A stretch of 64,000 bases of DNA from Eledone cirrhosa (Eukaryota), in NCBI GenBank assembly GCA_964016885.1, contig OZ024763.1, positions 11,780,001-11,844,000 of the forward strand. Direction: 5' to 3'. Position 1 is the stretch's first letter; each line of letters starts with the position of its first letter. The translations under genes were made by a program, and so were the position numbers. A model generated the notes under the pieces. It made no database searches. It had not been told where the DNA came from and worked only from the letters and a program-made list of their open reading frames with translations. This document shows positions 12,900-27,085 of this stretch, one piece after another.

Positions 12900-13385
12900 G
12901 AGGTAGTGTGTAGTGGTGGTGTGTGTTGTAATGTTTAGTGTGGTGGTGGGGGTGGGATGTGCTGTTGTGGTGGTGGGATGTGCGGTGGTGTGGTGGTGTG
13001 GTGGTGTGTGTTGTGTAGTGTGGTGGTGTGGCGTGCTGTAGTGTGGTGTTGTGTAGTGTGGTGGTGTGTAGTGTGGTGATGTGGCGTGCTGTAGTGTGGT
13101 GGTGTGGCGTGCTGTAGTGTGGTGGTATGTGTTGTGGTGGTGTGGTGATATGTGCTGTGTGGTGGGTTGTGGCATGCTCCAGTGTGGTGTTGTGGTGGGT
13201 TGTGGCATGCTCCAGTGTGGTGTTGTGGTGGTATGGCATGCTGTAGTGTGGTGGTATGTGGTGTGTGTTGTGTATAGTGTGCTATGTGTAGTGTGGTGTT
13301 GTGGTATGCTGTAGTGTGGTAGTGGGTAGTGTGGTGTTGTGGTGGGTTGTGGCATGCTCTAGTGTGGTGGTGGTGTGGTGGGATG
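12900..13385. repeat. GT-rich degenerate tandem repeat (GTGTG/GTAGT)
   Basis: Direct inspection. Confidence 0.85.
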
Positions 13386-14109
13386 TTTTATGAATTGTGG
13401 TATGATTACTTTAAAATAAAATGTGAAACAAATTTATCATCACCATCGTTTGCCTGTTGGCAAGGGCTGGATTGATTATCACAGACTAAATCAGTATTTA
13501 ATTGGAGCTATTGGTTTCCCACGTGGGTTGGGGTCCTGCATATCACACCGGAGGTTTTATTGGGGTACTACCATTGGAGATTGTTATTCTTTTGACACAG
13601 CTAAGGGAGAGCCCTGGTCCTTTACTTGATGGGTTTTCTACAGCTGGATTCCCTTTCCGTCACCAACCACAAGTTGTATTGAGTAGTTGTTGGTGGAAGA
13701 CATTACTGTCCATACTCATATATAAGGCAAGAAATATATGACAAGAACAAATTGATGGTAAAATGGGGAGTTGACTTATATTCTAGGTCAATATTTGACT
13801 GGTTTTCACCAACTTCAAAATTTTACATAAATGAGGTGTTAAAATATTTTTACTTTGGAGGTGAATATTACACCAGTTTCACTTTGGAGGTGAATATTAC
13901 ACCAGTTTCACTTTGGAGGTGAATATTACACTGGTTTCAAAATGGTCAGAAATTGGTAAAAAAGTTTATCTTTTGGAGTTGTGAAACAATAAACTAAGCA
14001 ACACTTAAAACATTTTAAGTATCAAAATATTAAAACTTGATCTATGTTTAGGTACACCATGAAAAAGCAAGATTCTATTTTTATTATTGGGCAACAGACA
14101 ACATACTTT

Positions 14110-14530
14110 GCAGCATATTGCTCTTTATGTTCTGAGTTTAAATCTTGCTGAGATTAGCTTTGCCGTACGGGGTTGATAAAATATAGTACCAGTCACACAC
14201 TGGGGTTGATGCAGCATAGAGTTATTGCTCTTTATGTTCTGAGTTTAAATCTTGCTGAGATTAGCTTTGCCTTACGGGGTTGATAAAATATAGTCCAGTC
14301 ACACACTGGGGTTGATGCAGCATAGAGTTATTGCTCTTTATGTTCTGAGTTTAAATCTTGCCGAGGTTAGATTTGCCTAACGGGGTTGATAAAATATAGT
14401 ACCAGTCACACACTGGGGTTGATGCAGCATAGAGTTATTGCTCTTTATGTTCTGAGTTTAAATCTTGCCGAGGTTAGATTTGCCTAACGGGGTTGATAAA
14501 ATATAGTACCAGTCACACACTGGGGTCAAT
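14110..14530 (+). repeat. Four tandem ~106-bp copies of a SINE B internal segment
   Basis: GCAGCATAGAGTTATTGCTCTTTATGTTCTGAGTTTAAATCTTG...CACACACTGGGGTTGAT is repeated. Confidence 0.9.
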
Positions 14531-16076
14531 TGAATCGATCTTCCACTCAAATTGTCAAATTGTTGGACTTGTCAGAAACCATTTGTATTGTTATTTCAGT
14601 GTGTCTCTAATGTGTGTGTGTGTGTGCGTGTGTGTGTGTGAGAGTGTGTGTGTGTGTAATATTTTCATTATGTATGTTATGAATTTTTAAATAGATAGAA
14701 GTGTGTGGTTAATTTTCTTTCTTTTTCTCTTTGTTTTGTTTAAATAAAAGAAACTGTAAAGTAACAAGTGTCATACAATTGTCCATGTTATTACATTCAG
14801 CTTGCTTTCTCCCCCTTCCCCCATCTCTTTCTCTTTCCTTCTCTCTCTCATTCTCTCTTTCCTTCTTTCCCTTCTCTCTCTCCTTCTTTCCCTTCTCTCT
14901 CTCCTTCTTTCCCTATCTCTTTCCTTCTCTCTCCTCTCTCTCTTTCCTTCTCTTTCCTTCTCTCTCCTCTCTCTCTCTTTCCTTCTCTCTCCTCTCTCTC
15001 TCTCTTTCCTTCTCTCTATCTTCCTCTCTCATTATTGCAGACTTGTGTCAAAAACAAACAATTATTAAGCTGTTGTATGGAACATAACTTAATATAGGTT
15101 ATTTCATAAAACTGATGGAAGGTTATTTTATTTAGATAAATATCCATAAACAATCCAGTGGTGATGTTTGTAACAACTTAATAAAAGGGGTTGTTTGTTT
15201 TATAAAAATGTAGGGTTAGCTTTGGGTTGGTTAAGTAAATGTAACAAGATGAGGGTAGGAAACAACAGGGATCTCTCTTGTTTTAGGGGTATGGGGGGGG
15301 TAGATTTTACTGTCTTTCAACTCTATATCAAGCATATACATTTATAGTACCTACCTACATACACATACATATATATATAAGCACATACAAGCACCTATGT
15401 ATACACATGCACACACATATCAAGTAGATTATATGTGGTTTTACTGCTGACTGCAGCTGTTGGGAGTCTGTCTCCACCTCTAGACACCCCACTCCACTGC
15501 CATGACGCCTCTCCCTTCTCAAGACACTCTACCTCACTGTCATCATTCCTCTCCCACAACAAGCACCCCACCACACTACCATAACTCTCCTCCCACCCCA
15601 CTGCCATGAATCCCACCTACACCAGACCCCCCTCCTGTAAAACACTCTGTCATCACTCCTCCACTACTGACACTCCATCCCACTGCCATCACTCCCCCAC
15701 CCGCACCACCCCACCAGAACCTCCACCCCCACCCACTTGGCTGTTGTTATATTATTTATTTGTTATTGTTGTTTTATCATTCAGGTGAGAATGTAACTTG
15801 TTGCTGTGTTTTCTGATTGACAACTTCATTTTCTGGTTACACTCACCTGTAATGGCTGGCCTCCCGCATACAGAAGCTTTAAGCATCCAACACCAATTAT
15901 ACATATACATATATATATATATAATGTGTGTGTGTGAGACTGTGATTTGTTGATTTAACAGGGATTTGGGGGTCACTTTTTTAAAGCAGGGAGTGGCTGA
16001 CTAGGGGTTTTGGGGTAGGTTGAACCTTGTGTGTGGTCGTGAAACACAATCAAATGTTTGAGTATTAGACTCACTG

Positions 16077-16119
<43 letters not shown>

Positions 16120-16124
<5 letters not shown>

Positions 16125-16319
16125 AGATCAAAAGATGGTTAAAAGAGTTCCAAGTATTTTATTATGCGCATTTAAAAAACAAATATCATCATGGGATGAT
16201 ATCTGCGTTCTCATCAGATAGAATAGAGATACATGATATGAAGCTTAAAAAACACTTGTGAACAGTGAAGTTTTAAATCAACATTGCATTGCTTTATTGT
16301 GCTACAATAAAACTCACCT

Positions 16320-16322
<3 letters not shown>
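16120..16322 (-). mobile_element. (TA)n-embedded hammerhead-bearing element (core 16155-16225, GAAA mutated to UAAA)
   Basis: Homologous to 34678-34783; CUGAUGA-long stem II-UAAA-UGCGCA-UA^AUAAAAUA; (TA)n on both sides. Confidence 0.7.
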
Positions 16323-16370
<48 letters not shown>

Positions 16371-16494
16371 CTGTGTGCGATTTGTTGATCTAACAGGAGT
16401 TTGAAGCCCATTTTGAAAGGAAGGTCTGGCTGAGTGGGTGGTGGCGTGGTAGGTCTATATAAGGGATTCTATGTATATGGTTGTGTGCTCATAC

Positions 16495-16536
<42 letters not shown>

Positions 16537-16629
16537 TGTCTACAATAACATCACTTGTCAAGCAGTGCAGTGGAATATTTAGTGACCTGTCAAGTCACAA
16601 GAACAACCTCAAATAGATAATAACTTACC

Positions 16630-16810
16630 TTAAAATGTGTGCAGTACCTCACACCGCTGTTTTTGTGTGACACCAATTTTGCACGGGATTGACCCTAATG
16701 CACCAATCACCACTGGTATCAATTTTAGATTACCCTTGTGTATTCCAAACAGTCTCGCCACCCCCACTTTCAGTTTCTCCCCCTCTTTCCTGTCATTTGT
16801 TATGTACAAC
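16630..16810 (-). mobile_element. R4/Dong-like endonuclease fragment (duplicate of ~17250-17430)
   Basis: LKVGVARLF...IPVVIGALGSIP. Confidence 0.75.
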
Positions 16811-16845
16811 AAGGACCTCAGATAGAGATAGATAACCTTCCTTAA

Positions 16846-17245
16846 CCCTTTAGCAGTTAAACCAGTGGTACCCCAACCAGAATTCTCTCACCTCTTTCTG
16901 TACAAACCTGCCATGACTGGCTGTTCATACTTATGTTAAGGTATTGTTCTCAAAATAAATAATTGTTTCTACTTTTGGCACAAGGCCAGCAATGACCCAG
17001 TACATTACTGGTACTTTATTTTATCGACCCCGTAAGGATGAAAAGCAAAGTCAACCTCGGCGGGATTTGAACTCAGATCGTAAAGGGACGTAACTATGCA
17101 TCAAAGCATGGCGTCTGTCCCTCTACCGATAATGCCAATCCACCGCCTCAAAATAAATAATATCAAAATTTTGTAGATTATATATTATGTGAGGTAAAGT
17201 GTTTACCGTGAAAATACAATAGTAAATATAGTAAACGGTAAAGGG
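16846..17245. mobile_element. piggyBac-type MITE with nested SINE B
   Basis: TTAA|CCCTTTAGCA ... AAAGGG|TTAG. Confidence 0.8.
16964..17146 (-). mobile_element. Full-length SINE B with 15-bp TSD
   Basis: CTCAAAATAAATAAT at 16949-16963 and 17147-17161. Confidence 0.92.
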
Positions 17246-17249
17246 TTAG

Positions 17250-17540
17250 AATATTTGCAGTACCCCACACCGCTGTTTTTGTGTGACACCAATTTTGCAT
17301 GGGATTGACCCTAATGCCCCAATCACCACTGGTATCACTCTTAGATTACCCTTGTGTATTCCAAACAATCTTGCCATCTCCACTTTCAGTTTCTCCCCCG
17401 CTTTCCTGGCAAGATTCCTGTCATTTGTTACAGCTACATCAATGATCTCTCAGTATTTGACATCCGTACTGAATATAACAATGTCCAGTCAGTGATGCTC
17501 AATTACTCTATCAGTCTGGACATCATAATCCCCAAATATC
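17250..17540 (-). mobile_element. R4/Dong-like restriction-like endonuclease fragment
   Basis: DYDVQTDRVIEHH*LDIV...IIDVAVTND...LKVEMARLF...IPVVIGALG, with in-frame stops. Confidence 0.8.
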
Positions 17541-17950
17541 CTTATTATGAGGCATGTCACATGATTGCTGTCTCATATGAACCAAGGAGGGGAGGAATTT
17601 CAAATAATTTTTCATTTCTATAGAAGAATTACCACCTATTGTTTGAAATAAAATAAAATTTGGTATATTTTATAATTTATTTATTTTACATATTTTCTAC
17701 ATCTTGGTTGGTAGAATCGATATTTCATGGAAATGGGGAGGACATGAACAGCAACAAGAAATATAGTATAATAATGAAGTAGGATTAGAGCATGGGGTAA
17801 CAACAACAACAACAACACATGATAGTATAACTGGAGTCAAAATGTGTGTGTGGGGTGGGAGGGTGGTAACAACATATAGTGAATATAGGGTGGGAATACA
17901 CAACAACAAGAGATATATAGTTAATATAGGGTGAGACTATACAACAGACA

Positions 17951-18486
17951 TCTTAACTATAATAAAGAAGTGTGGGATTGCATCCAGAATATATTTTTAC
18001 CCCGTATGTAAAATACGTTGGATTACTTTGAATAAATAATCGTTTCTACTTTTGGCACAAGGCCAGCGATTACCCAGTGCATTACTGGTACTTTATTTTA
18101 TCGACCCCGTGAGAATGAAAGGCAAAGTTAATCTTGGCGGGATTTGAACTCAGAATGGAAAGGGCTGTAAATCTACTGATTCTGCCAATCCACCGCCTTT
18201 GAATAAATAATTGTTTCTACTTTTGGCACAAGGCCAGCAATTACCCAGTACATTACTGGTACTCTATTTTATCGACCCCGTAAGGATAAATAATGAATGA
18301 ATATTACATAAATTATGTGCTAAATTTCGTGGCTGTTGATTAAATATATTTTATAGCTTATTTACTTCTTTAAAATGTTCAAATGTCAACACTTCCAGTT
18401 AGCGGCCGTTATATTATAACACTTATAAAAATATCGCATATATTTCCGTCACTAATTTTCTCCTAATGCAGTTTATATATAATATC
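17951..18486 (+). mobile_element. Second (3'-truncated) copy of the Helitron-like element with two nested SINE B insertions
   Basis: A|TCTTAACTATAATAAAG start; colinear with 294-580. SINE B at 18041-18196 (TSD CTTTGAATAAATAAT) and 18212-18285. Confidence 0.65.
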
Positions 18487-18955
18487 TAGATGTGCCACTG
18501 ATGCAGCTAGTTGTTGGGGTGCTATTGGTGCAGCCAGTCATTGGGGTGCCACTGGTGCAGCTAGGCGTTGGGGTGCCACTGGTGTAGCTAGTCGTTGGGG
18601 TGCCACTCTAGATGTACCACTGGTGCAGCTAGTCGTTGGGGTGCCACTGGTGCAGCCAGTGGTTGGGGTGCCACTCTAGATGTACCACTGGTGCAGCTAG
18701 TTTGTTGGGGTGCCACTGGGACAGCTAGTCGTTGGGGTGCCACTCTAGATGTACCACTGGTGCAGCTAGTCGTTGGGGTGCCACTGGTGCAGCCAGTGGT
18801 TGGGGTGCCACTCTAGATGTACCACTGGTGCAGCTAGTCTGTTGGGGTGCCACTGGGACAGCTAGTCGTAGTGGTGCCACTCTAGATGTACCACTGGTGC
18901 AGCTAGTTTGTTGGGGTGCCACTGGTGCAGCCAGTGGTTGGGGTGCCACTCTAGT
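18486..18955. repeat. GC-rich minisatellite (~27-bp subunit, 137-bp higher-order unit)
   Basis: GTTGGGGTGCCACTGGTGCAGCTAGT variants; 18595 and 18732 start identical blocks. Confidence 0.9.
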
Positions 18956-19019
18956 CACTTTCAAGGTCAGTCATCACCCTTAGTCTCTATTCTCCATCAT
19001 GTGTAGAAGGGTCTCAGTG

Positions 19020-19212
19020 TTATGACCAGGACTTTCTTTGTCTGTCTCTTCATCACCCTCCCTCGACTGTGCCCTGAAGGATAGTTTTGGACAAGGGGTT
19101 GTGGTGGGAGATACGACCATACCTGGCAGGCTTCCGTCTTTTCACTATCACAAGGACTGGTTCCTCTCTGTCAGCATATTTGTTAAGTTGTTGCTTGACA
19201 AAGCAGTTTGTT
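19020..19212 (-). mobile_element. RTE (BovB-like) LINE C-terminal fragment
   Basis: EHKTNCFVKQQ...VKRRKPARYGRISHHNPLSKTILQGTVEGG*RRDRQRKSW. Confidence 0.85.
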
Positions 19213-21238
19213 TTGTGTTCTGTGTATGGGGGTGTGTAGCAACCTTCTGAAGCACTTGTGTTCTGTGTATGGGGGTGTGTAGCAACCTTCTGAAGCACTT
19301 GTGTTCTGTGTATGGGGGTGTGTAGCAACCTTCTGAAGCACTTGTGTTCTGTGTATGGGGGTGTGTAGCAACCTTCTGAAGCACTTGTGTTCTGTGTATG
19401 GGGGTGTGTAGCAACCTTCTGAAGCACTTGTGTTCTCTGTATGGGGGTGTGTAGCAACCATCTGAAGCACTTGTGTTCTGTGTATGGGGGTGTGTAGCAA
19501 CCTTCTGAAGCACTTGTGTTCTGTGTATGGGGGGGTGTAGCAACCATCTGAAGCACTTGTGTTCTGTGTATGGGGGTGTGTAGCAACCATCTGAAGCACT
19601 TGTGTTCTGTATATGGGGGTGTGTAGCAACCATCTGAAGCACTTGTGTTCTGTGTATGGGGGTGTGTAGCAACCTTCTGAAGCACTTGTGTTCTGTATAT
19701 GGGGGTGTGTAGCAACCTTCTGAAGCACTTGTGTTCTGTATATGGGGGTGTGTAGCAACCTTCTGAAGCACTTGTGTTCTGTATATGGGGGTGTGTAGCA
19801 ACCTTCTGAAGCACTTGTGTTCTGTATATGGGGGTGTGTAGCAACCATCTGAAGCACTTGTGTTCTGTATATGGGGGTGTGTAGCAACCTTCTGAAGCAC
19901 TTGTGTTCTGTGTATGGGGGTGTGTAGCAACCTTCTGAAGCACTTGTGTTCTGTATATGGGGGTGTGTAGCAACCATCTGAAGCACTTGTGTTCTGTGTA
20001 TGGGGGTGTGTAGCAACCATCTGAAGCACTTGTGTTCTGTATATGGGGGTGTGTAGCAACCATCTGAAGCACTTGTGTTCTGTGTATGGGGGTGTGTAGC
20101 AACCATCTGAAGCACTTGTGTTCTGTATATGGGGGTGTGTAGCAACCATCTGAAGCACTTGTGTTCTGTATATGGGGGTGTGTAGCAACCTTCTGAAGCA
20201 CTTGTGTTCTGTATATGGGGGTGTGTAGCAACCTTCTGAAGCACTTGTGTTCTGTGTATGGGGGTGTGTAGCAACCTTCTGAAGCACTTGTGTTCTGTGT
20301 ATGGGGGTGTGTAGCAACCTTCTGAAGCACTTGTGTTCTGTGTATGGGGGTGTGTAGCAACCTTCTGAAGCACTTGTGTTCTGTATATGGGGGTGTGTAG
20401 CAACCTTCTGAAGCACTTGTGTTCTGTGTATGGGGGTGTGTAGCAACCTTCTGAAGCACTTGTGTTCTGTGTATGGGGGTGTGTAGCAACCATCTGAAGC
20501 ACTTGTGTTCTCTGTATGGGGGTGTGTAGCAACCTTCTGAAGCACTTGTGTTCTGTGTATGGGGGTGTGTAGCAACCTTCTGAAGCACTTGTGTTCTGTG
20601 TATGGGGGTGTGTAGCAACCTTCTGAAGCACTTGTGTTCTGTGTATGGGGGTGTGTAGCAACCTTCTGAAGCACTTGTGTTCTGTGTATGGGGGTGTGTA
20701 GCAACCATCTGAAGCACTTGTGTTCTGTGTATGGGGGTGTGTAGCAACCTTCTGAAGCACTTGTGTTCTGTGTATGGGGGTGTGTAGCAACCTTCTGAAG
20801 CACTTGTGTTCTGTGTATGGGGGTGTGTAGCAACCATCTGAAGCACTTGTGTTCTGTGTATGGGGGTGTGTAGCAACCTTCTGAAGCACTTGTGTTCTGT
20901 GTATGGGGGTGTGTAGCAACCATCTGAAGCACTTGTGTTCTGTGTATGGGGGTGTGTAGCAACCATCTGAAGCACTTGTGTTCTGTGTATGGGGGTGTGT
21001 AGCGACCATCTGAAGCACTTGTGTTCTGTGTATGGGGGTGTGTAGCAACCTTCTGAAGCACTTGTGTTCTGTGTATGGGGGTGTGTAGCAACCATCTGAA
21101 GCACTTGTGTTCTGTGTATGGGGGTGTGTAGCAACCATCTGAAGCACTTGTGTTCTGTGTATGGGGGTGTGTAGCAACCTTCTGAAGCACTTGTGTTCTG
21201 TGTATGGGGGTGTGTAGCAACCTTCTGAAGCACTTGTG
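19213..21238. repeat. 43-bp minisatellite, ~47 copies
   Basis: Unit TTGTGTTCTGTGTATGGGGGTGTGTAGCAACCTTCTGAAGCAC, with only a few variant positions. Confidence 0.97.
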
Positions 21239-21249
21239 CAATAATTGTT

Positions 21250-21484
21250 CATGGAAACCACCTCATATTCGCAGAATCATAAATATCTTCCAATTTTTTA
21301 TTACTTTTATCGCAGCAATATATAGTTTTTGACGCTTTCTCACAATAAACCGTATTTGACGGCTTATATTTGACATTGTTTTGACGTTTATAGGCATTTT
21401 TATGGACCACATCCAATATTCGCGGCTTTTCACTCTTCATGGGTACTCTAGGAATGTAATCCTGTGAATACCGGGGGACAACTA
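21250..21484 (-). mobile_element. Tigger/pogo-like DNA transposon end
   Basis: Minus strand starts TA|TAGTTGTCCCCCGGTATTCACAGG, resembling Tigger-type terminal repeats; judged from memory. Confidence 0.45.
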
Positions 21485-21531
21485 TATATATGTATGTATG
21501 TGGAGGCACAACTGTATATATCTATGTACAT

Positions 21532-21871
21532 GGAGGCACATGGTTTAGTGGTTAGAGCATTGGGCTTGCAATCGAAAGGTTGTGAGTTCAATTCTCAGAC
21601 CGGGTGATGTGTTGTTTCCTTAAGCAAGACACTTTATTTCACATTGCTCCAGTATACTCAGCTGTAGAAATGAGATGATAGGGACTGGGGTCCCTATCAT
21701 TCCACTGCAAAGTGGTCGTGGAGGTGCCACGGCAAAAAAGCACCCAGCACTCACTGTAAATGAGGTTGGTGTTAGGAAGGGCATCCAGCTGTAGAAATCA
21801 AGCCAGAATCAGTTCCTGTCCCACCCTTGCAAGCAGGGAAAAGCGGACGTAAAATGATGATGATGATGATG
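21532..21871 (+). mobile_element. SINE family A, full length
   Basis: Head, core, hairpin and RTE tail all present. Confidence 0.92.
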
Positions 21872-22239
21872 TAAATCAGTGTGCATGGGTGTATGTGTGT
21901 AGAATTTACAAATTTACATGTCTGTATACATGCATGTGTAGAGTTTTGTCTATACATGTGAATCTAAGTTTGTAAGTGTGGGCGTGTGTGTGGTACTACA
22001 ACAGGAACACCACTGCCAGTAGCAAGCAATCAGACATTACTATACCACCACCACTGCCACTACTACTACTTTGACAACACCAATAGCAAACAATTAGATG
22101 TAATAAGCCATGCAGTGATGTGTTACAACAACAACAGAAACAATAGCGCCCCCCCCCCCTCCTCTCCCCAGACTTCATTGTTTCATCATTTCTGCCTGAT
22201 TACCTTCGCAATAAGCCTCACTGGTTTATATGCACTTTT

Positions 22240-23190
<951 letters not shown>

Positions 23191-23439
23191 ATTGCAGTTT
23201 TCTAATGCATCATGCATATCTTCTGCACATATGTGCACACAACATTCTACAGGCTGTGGAGAGCAGTTCTCTGCATTACAACAGCCAGTGTACATATGCT
23301 AATGCACACATCCTTAACACACATGCACTCCCTCTCTCTAAACACATGCACTACCTCTCTCTCTCTCTCTCCCACTCTCTCCCTCTCCCTCTCTCTCTCC
23401 CACTCTCTCTCTCCCACTCTCTCTCTCTCACTCTCTCCC

Positions 23440-26160
23440 ACTCTCACTCTCCACACAGTCTCATGCTCTCACTCTCACTCTCCACACAGTCTCATGCTCT
23501 CACTCTCCACAGTCTCATGCTCTCACTCTCACTCTCCACAGTCTCATGCTCTCACTCACTCACCACACAGTCTCATGCTCTCACTCTCACTCACCACACA
23601 GTCTCATGCTCTCACTCTCCACACAGTCTCATGCTCTCACTCTCCACACAGTCTCATGCTTTCACTCACCACACAGTCTCATGCTCTCACTCACCACACA
23701 GTCTCATGCTCTCACTCACCACACAGTCTCATGCTCTCACTCACCACACAGTCTCATGCTCTCACTCTCCACACAGTCTCATGCTCTCACTCACCACACA
23801 GTCTCATGCTCTCACTCACCACACAGTCTCATGCTCTCACTCACCACACAGTCTCATGCTCTCACTCTCTCTCCACACAGTCTCATGCTCTCACTCACCA
23901 CACAGTCTCATGCTCTCACTCTCCACACAGTCTCATGCTCTCACTCACCACACAGTCTCATGCTCTCACTCTCCACACAGTCTCATGCTCTCACTCTCCA
24001 CACAGTCTCATGCTCTCACTCTCCACACAGTCTCATGCTCTCACTCTCCACACAGTCTCAAGCTCTCACTCTCCACACAGTCTCATGCTCTCACTCTCTC
24101 TCCACACAGTCTCATGCTCTCACTCTCACTCTCCACACAGTCTCATGCTCTCACTCTCCACACAGTCTCATGCTCTCACTCACCACACAGTCTCATGCTC
24201 TCACTCTCCACACAGTCTCATGTTCTCACTCACCACACAGTCTCATGCTCTCACTCTCACTCTCCACACAGTCTCATGCTCTCACTCTCACTCTCCACAC
24301 AGTCTCATGCTCTCACTCTCCACACAGTCTCATGCTCTCACTCTCACTCTCCACACAGTCTCATGCTCTCACTCTCCACACAGTCTCATGTTCTCACTCT
24401 CCACACAGTCTCATGCTCTCACTCTCACTCTCCACACAGTCTCATGCTCTCACTCTCCACACAGTCTCAAGCTCTCACTCTCCACACAGTCTCATGCTCT
24501 CACTCTCTCTCCACACAGTCTCATGCTCTCACTCTCACTCTCCACACAGTCTCATGCTCTCACTCACCACACAGTCTCATGCTCTCACTCTCTCTCCACA
24601 CAGTCTCATGCTCTCACTCTCACTCTCCACACAGTCTCATGTTCTCACTCACCACACAGTCTCATGCTCTCACTCTCACTCTCCACACAGTCTCATGCTC
24701 TCACTCTCCACACAGTCTCATGTTCTCACTCACCACACAGTCTCATGCTCTCACTCACCACACAGTCTCATGTTCTCACTCTCCACACAGTCTCATGCTC
24801 TCACTCACCACACAGTCTCATGTTCTCACTCACCACACAGTCTCATGTTCTCACTCACCACACAGTCTCATGCTCTCACTCTCCACACAGTCTCATGCTC
24901 TCACTCACCACACAGTCTCATGCTCTCACTCACCACACAGTCTCATGCTGTCACTCACCACACAGTCTCATGCTGTCACTCACCACACAGTCTCATGTTC
25001 TCACTCACCACACAGTCTCATGTTCTCACTCACCACACAGTCTCACTCTCACTCTCCACACAGTCTCATGCTCTCACTCTCCACACAGTCTCATGCTCTC
25101 ACTCACCACACAGTCTCATGTTCTCACTCACCACACAGTCTCATGTTCTCACTCACCACACAGTCTCATGTTCTCACTCACCACACAGTCTCACTCTCAC
25201 TCTCCACACAGTCTCATGCTCTCACTCTCCACACAGTCTCATGCTCTCACTCTCCACACAGTCTCATGCTCTCACTCACCACACAGTCTCATGTTCTCAC
25301 TCACCACACAGTCTCATGTTCTCACTCACCACACAGTCTCATGTTCTCACTCTCCACACAGTCTCATGCTCTCACTCACCACACAGTCTCATGTTCTCAC
25401 TCACCACACAGTCTCATGCTCTCACTCACCACACAGTCTCATGTTCTCACTCTCCACACAGTCTCATGCTCTCACTCACCACACAGTCTCATGTTCTCAC
25501 TCACCACACAGTCTCATGTTCTCACTCACCACACAGTCTCATGCTCTCACTCTCCACACAGTCTCATGCTCTCACTCACCACACAGTCTCATGCTCTCAC
25601 TCACCACACAGTCTCATGTTCTCACTCACCACACAGTCTCATGTTCTCACTCACCACACAGTCTCATGTTCTCACTCACCACACAGTCTCACTCTCACTC
25701 TCCACACAGTCTCATGCTCTCACTCTCCACACAGTCTCATGCTCTCACTCACCACACAGTCTCATGTTCTCACTCACCACACAGTCTCATGTTCTCACTC
25801 ACCACACAGTCTCATGTTCTCACTCACCACACAGTCTCATGTTCTCACTCACCACACAGTCTCATGTTCTCACTCACCACACAGTCTCACTCTCACTCTC
25901 CACACAGTCTCATGCTCTCACTCTCCACACAGTCTCATGCTCTCACTCTCCACACAGTCTCACGCTCTCACTCTCCACACAGTCTCATGCTCTCACTCTC
26001 CACACAGTCTCATGCTCTCACTCTCCACACAGTCTCATGTTCTCACTCACCACACAGTCTCATGTTCTCACTCACCACACAGTCTCACTCTCACTCTCCA
26101 CACAGTCTCATGCTCTTACTCTCCACACAGTCTCATGCTCTCACTCTCCACACAGTCTCT
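23440..26160. repeat. ~25-bp minisatellite, about 100 copies
   Basis: Unit CTCACTC(A/T)CCACACAGTCTCATG(C/T)T with length variants. Confidence 0.97.
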
Positions 26161-26366
26161 CACTCTCTCTCTCTCTATCTCACTCTCACACTCTCTCTCT
26201 CTCTCTCCACACCATATCAACATGACCTGCTGTAATATATTTCATTCTCTTCCACAGCACTGCATCACATGACCTTGCCAACTGTGCTATCTCTACATAT
26301 ATACATACATGTGGTTTATATATATATATGTATATATATATATGTGTGTGTGTGTATCTCCCTCTC

Positions 26367-26407
<41 letters not shown>

Positions 26408-26531
26408 CATGACCTGGCCAGTGTGGTGCTGACTGTAGTCACCCCCCCCCCCCACCAGATGTCCCATCTTTCCACAATTATTGGCCTACTTTCCTTGCAT
26501 GTGTCCCTGTCTCTGCTCACTTGGTTGGTTG

Positions 26532-26535
<4 letters not shown>

Positions 26536-26574
<39 letters not shown>

Positions 26575-27085
26575 CATGTGTGTGTGTACAACTGTGTGTA
26601 TACATGTGTGTGTGTGGGTGTGTGTGTACAACTGTGTGTGTGTACAACTGTGTGTATACATGTGTGTGTGTGTGTGTGTGTATACATGTGTGTGTGTGTG
26701 TGTGGGTGTGTGTGTACAACTGTGTATACATGTGTGTGTGGGTGTGGGTGTACAACTGTGTGTATACATGTGTGTGTGTGTACAACTGTGTGTATGTGTG
26801 TGTGTGTGTACAACTGTGTGTACATGTGTGTGTGTGTGTGTACAACTGTGTATACATGTGTGTGTACAACTGTGTATACATGTGTGTGTGTACAACTGTA
26901 AATATGTGTGTGTGTGGGTGTGTGTACAACTGTGTACAACTGTGTGTATGTGTACAACTGTGTGTATACATGTGTGTGTGTGGGTGTGTGTACAACTGTG
27001 TATATGTGTGTGGGTGTGTACAACTGTGTGTATACATGTGTGTGTGCAACTGTGTATACATGTGTGTGTGTGTGCAACTGTATGT
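26536..27085. repeat. (TG)n-based repeat with TACAACTG/TACATG interruptions
   Basis: Direct inspection. Confidence 0.9.

Noticed and set aside
15840-15895. Minus-strand splice donor (CAG|GTGAGT) suggesting an exon
   Set aside because: No convincing acceptor or coding signal nearby.
19053-21261. Three ~700-aa ORFs
   Set aside because: All three frames are open only because the 43-bp unit lacks stops on that strand; this is a minisatellite, not a gene.
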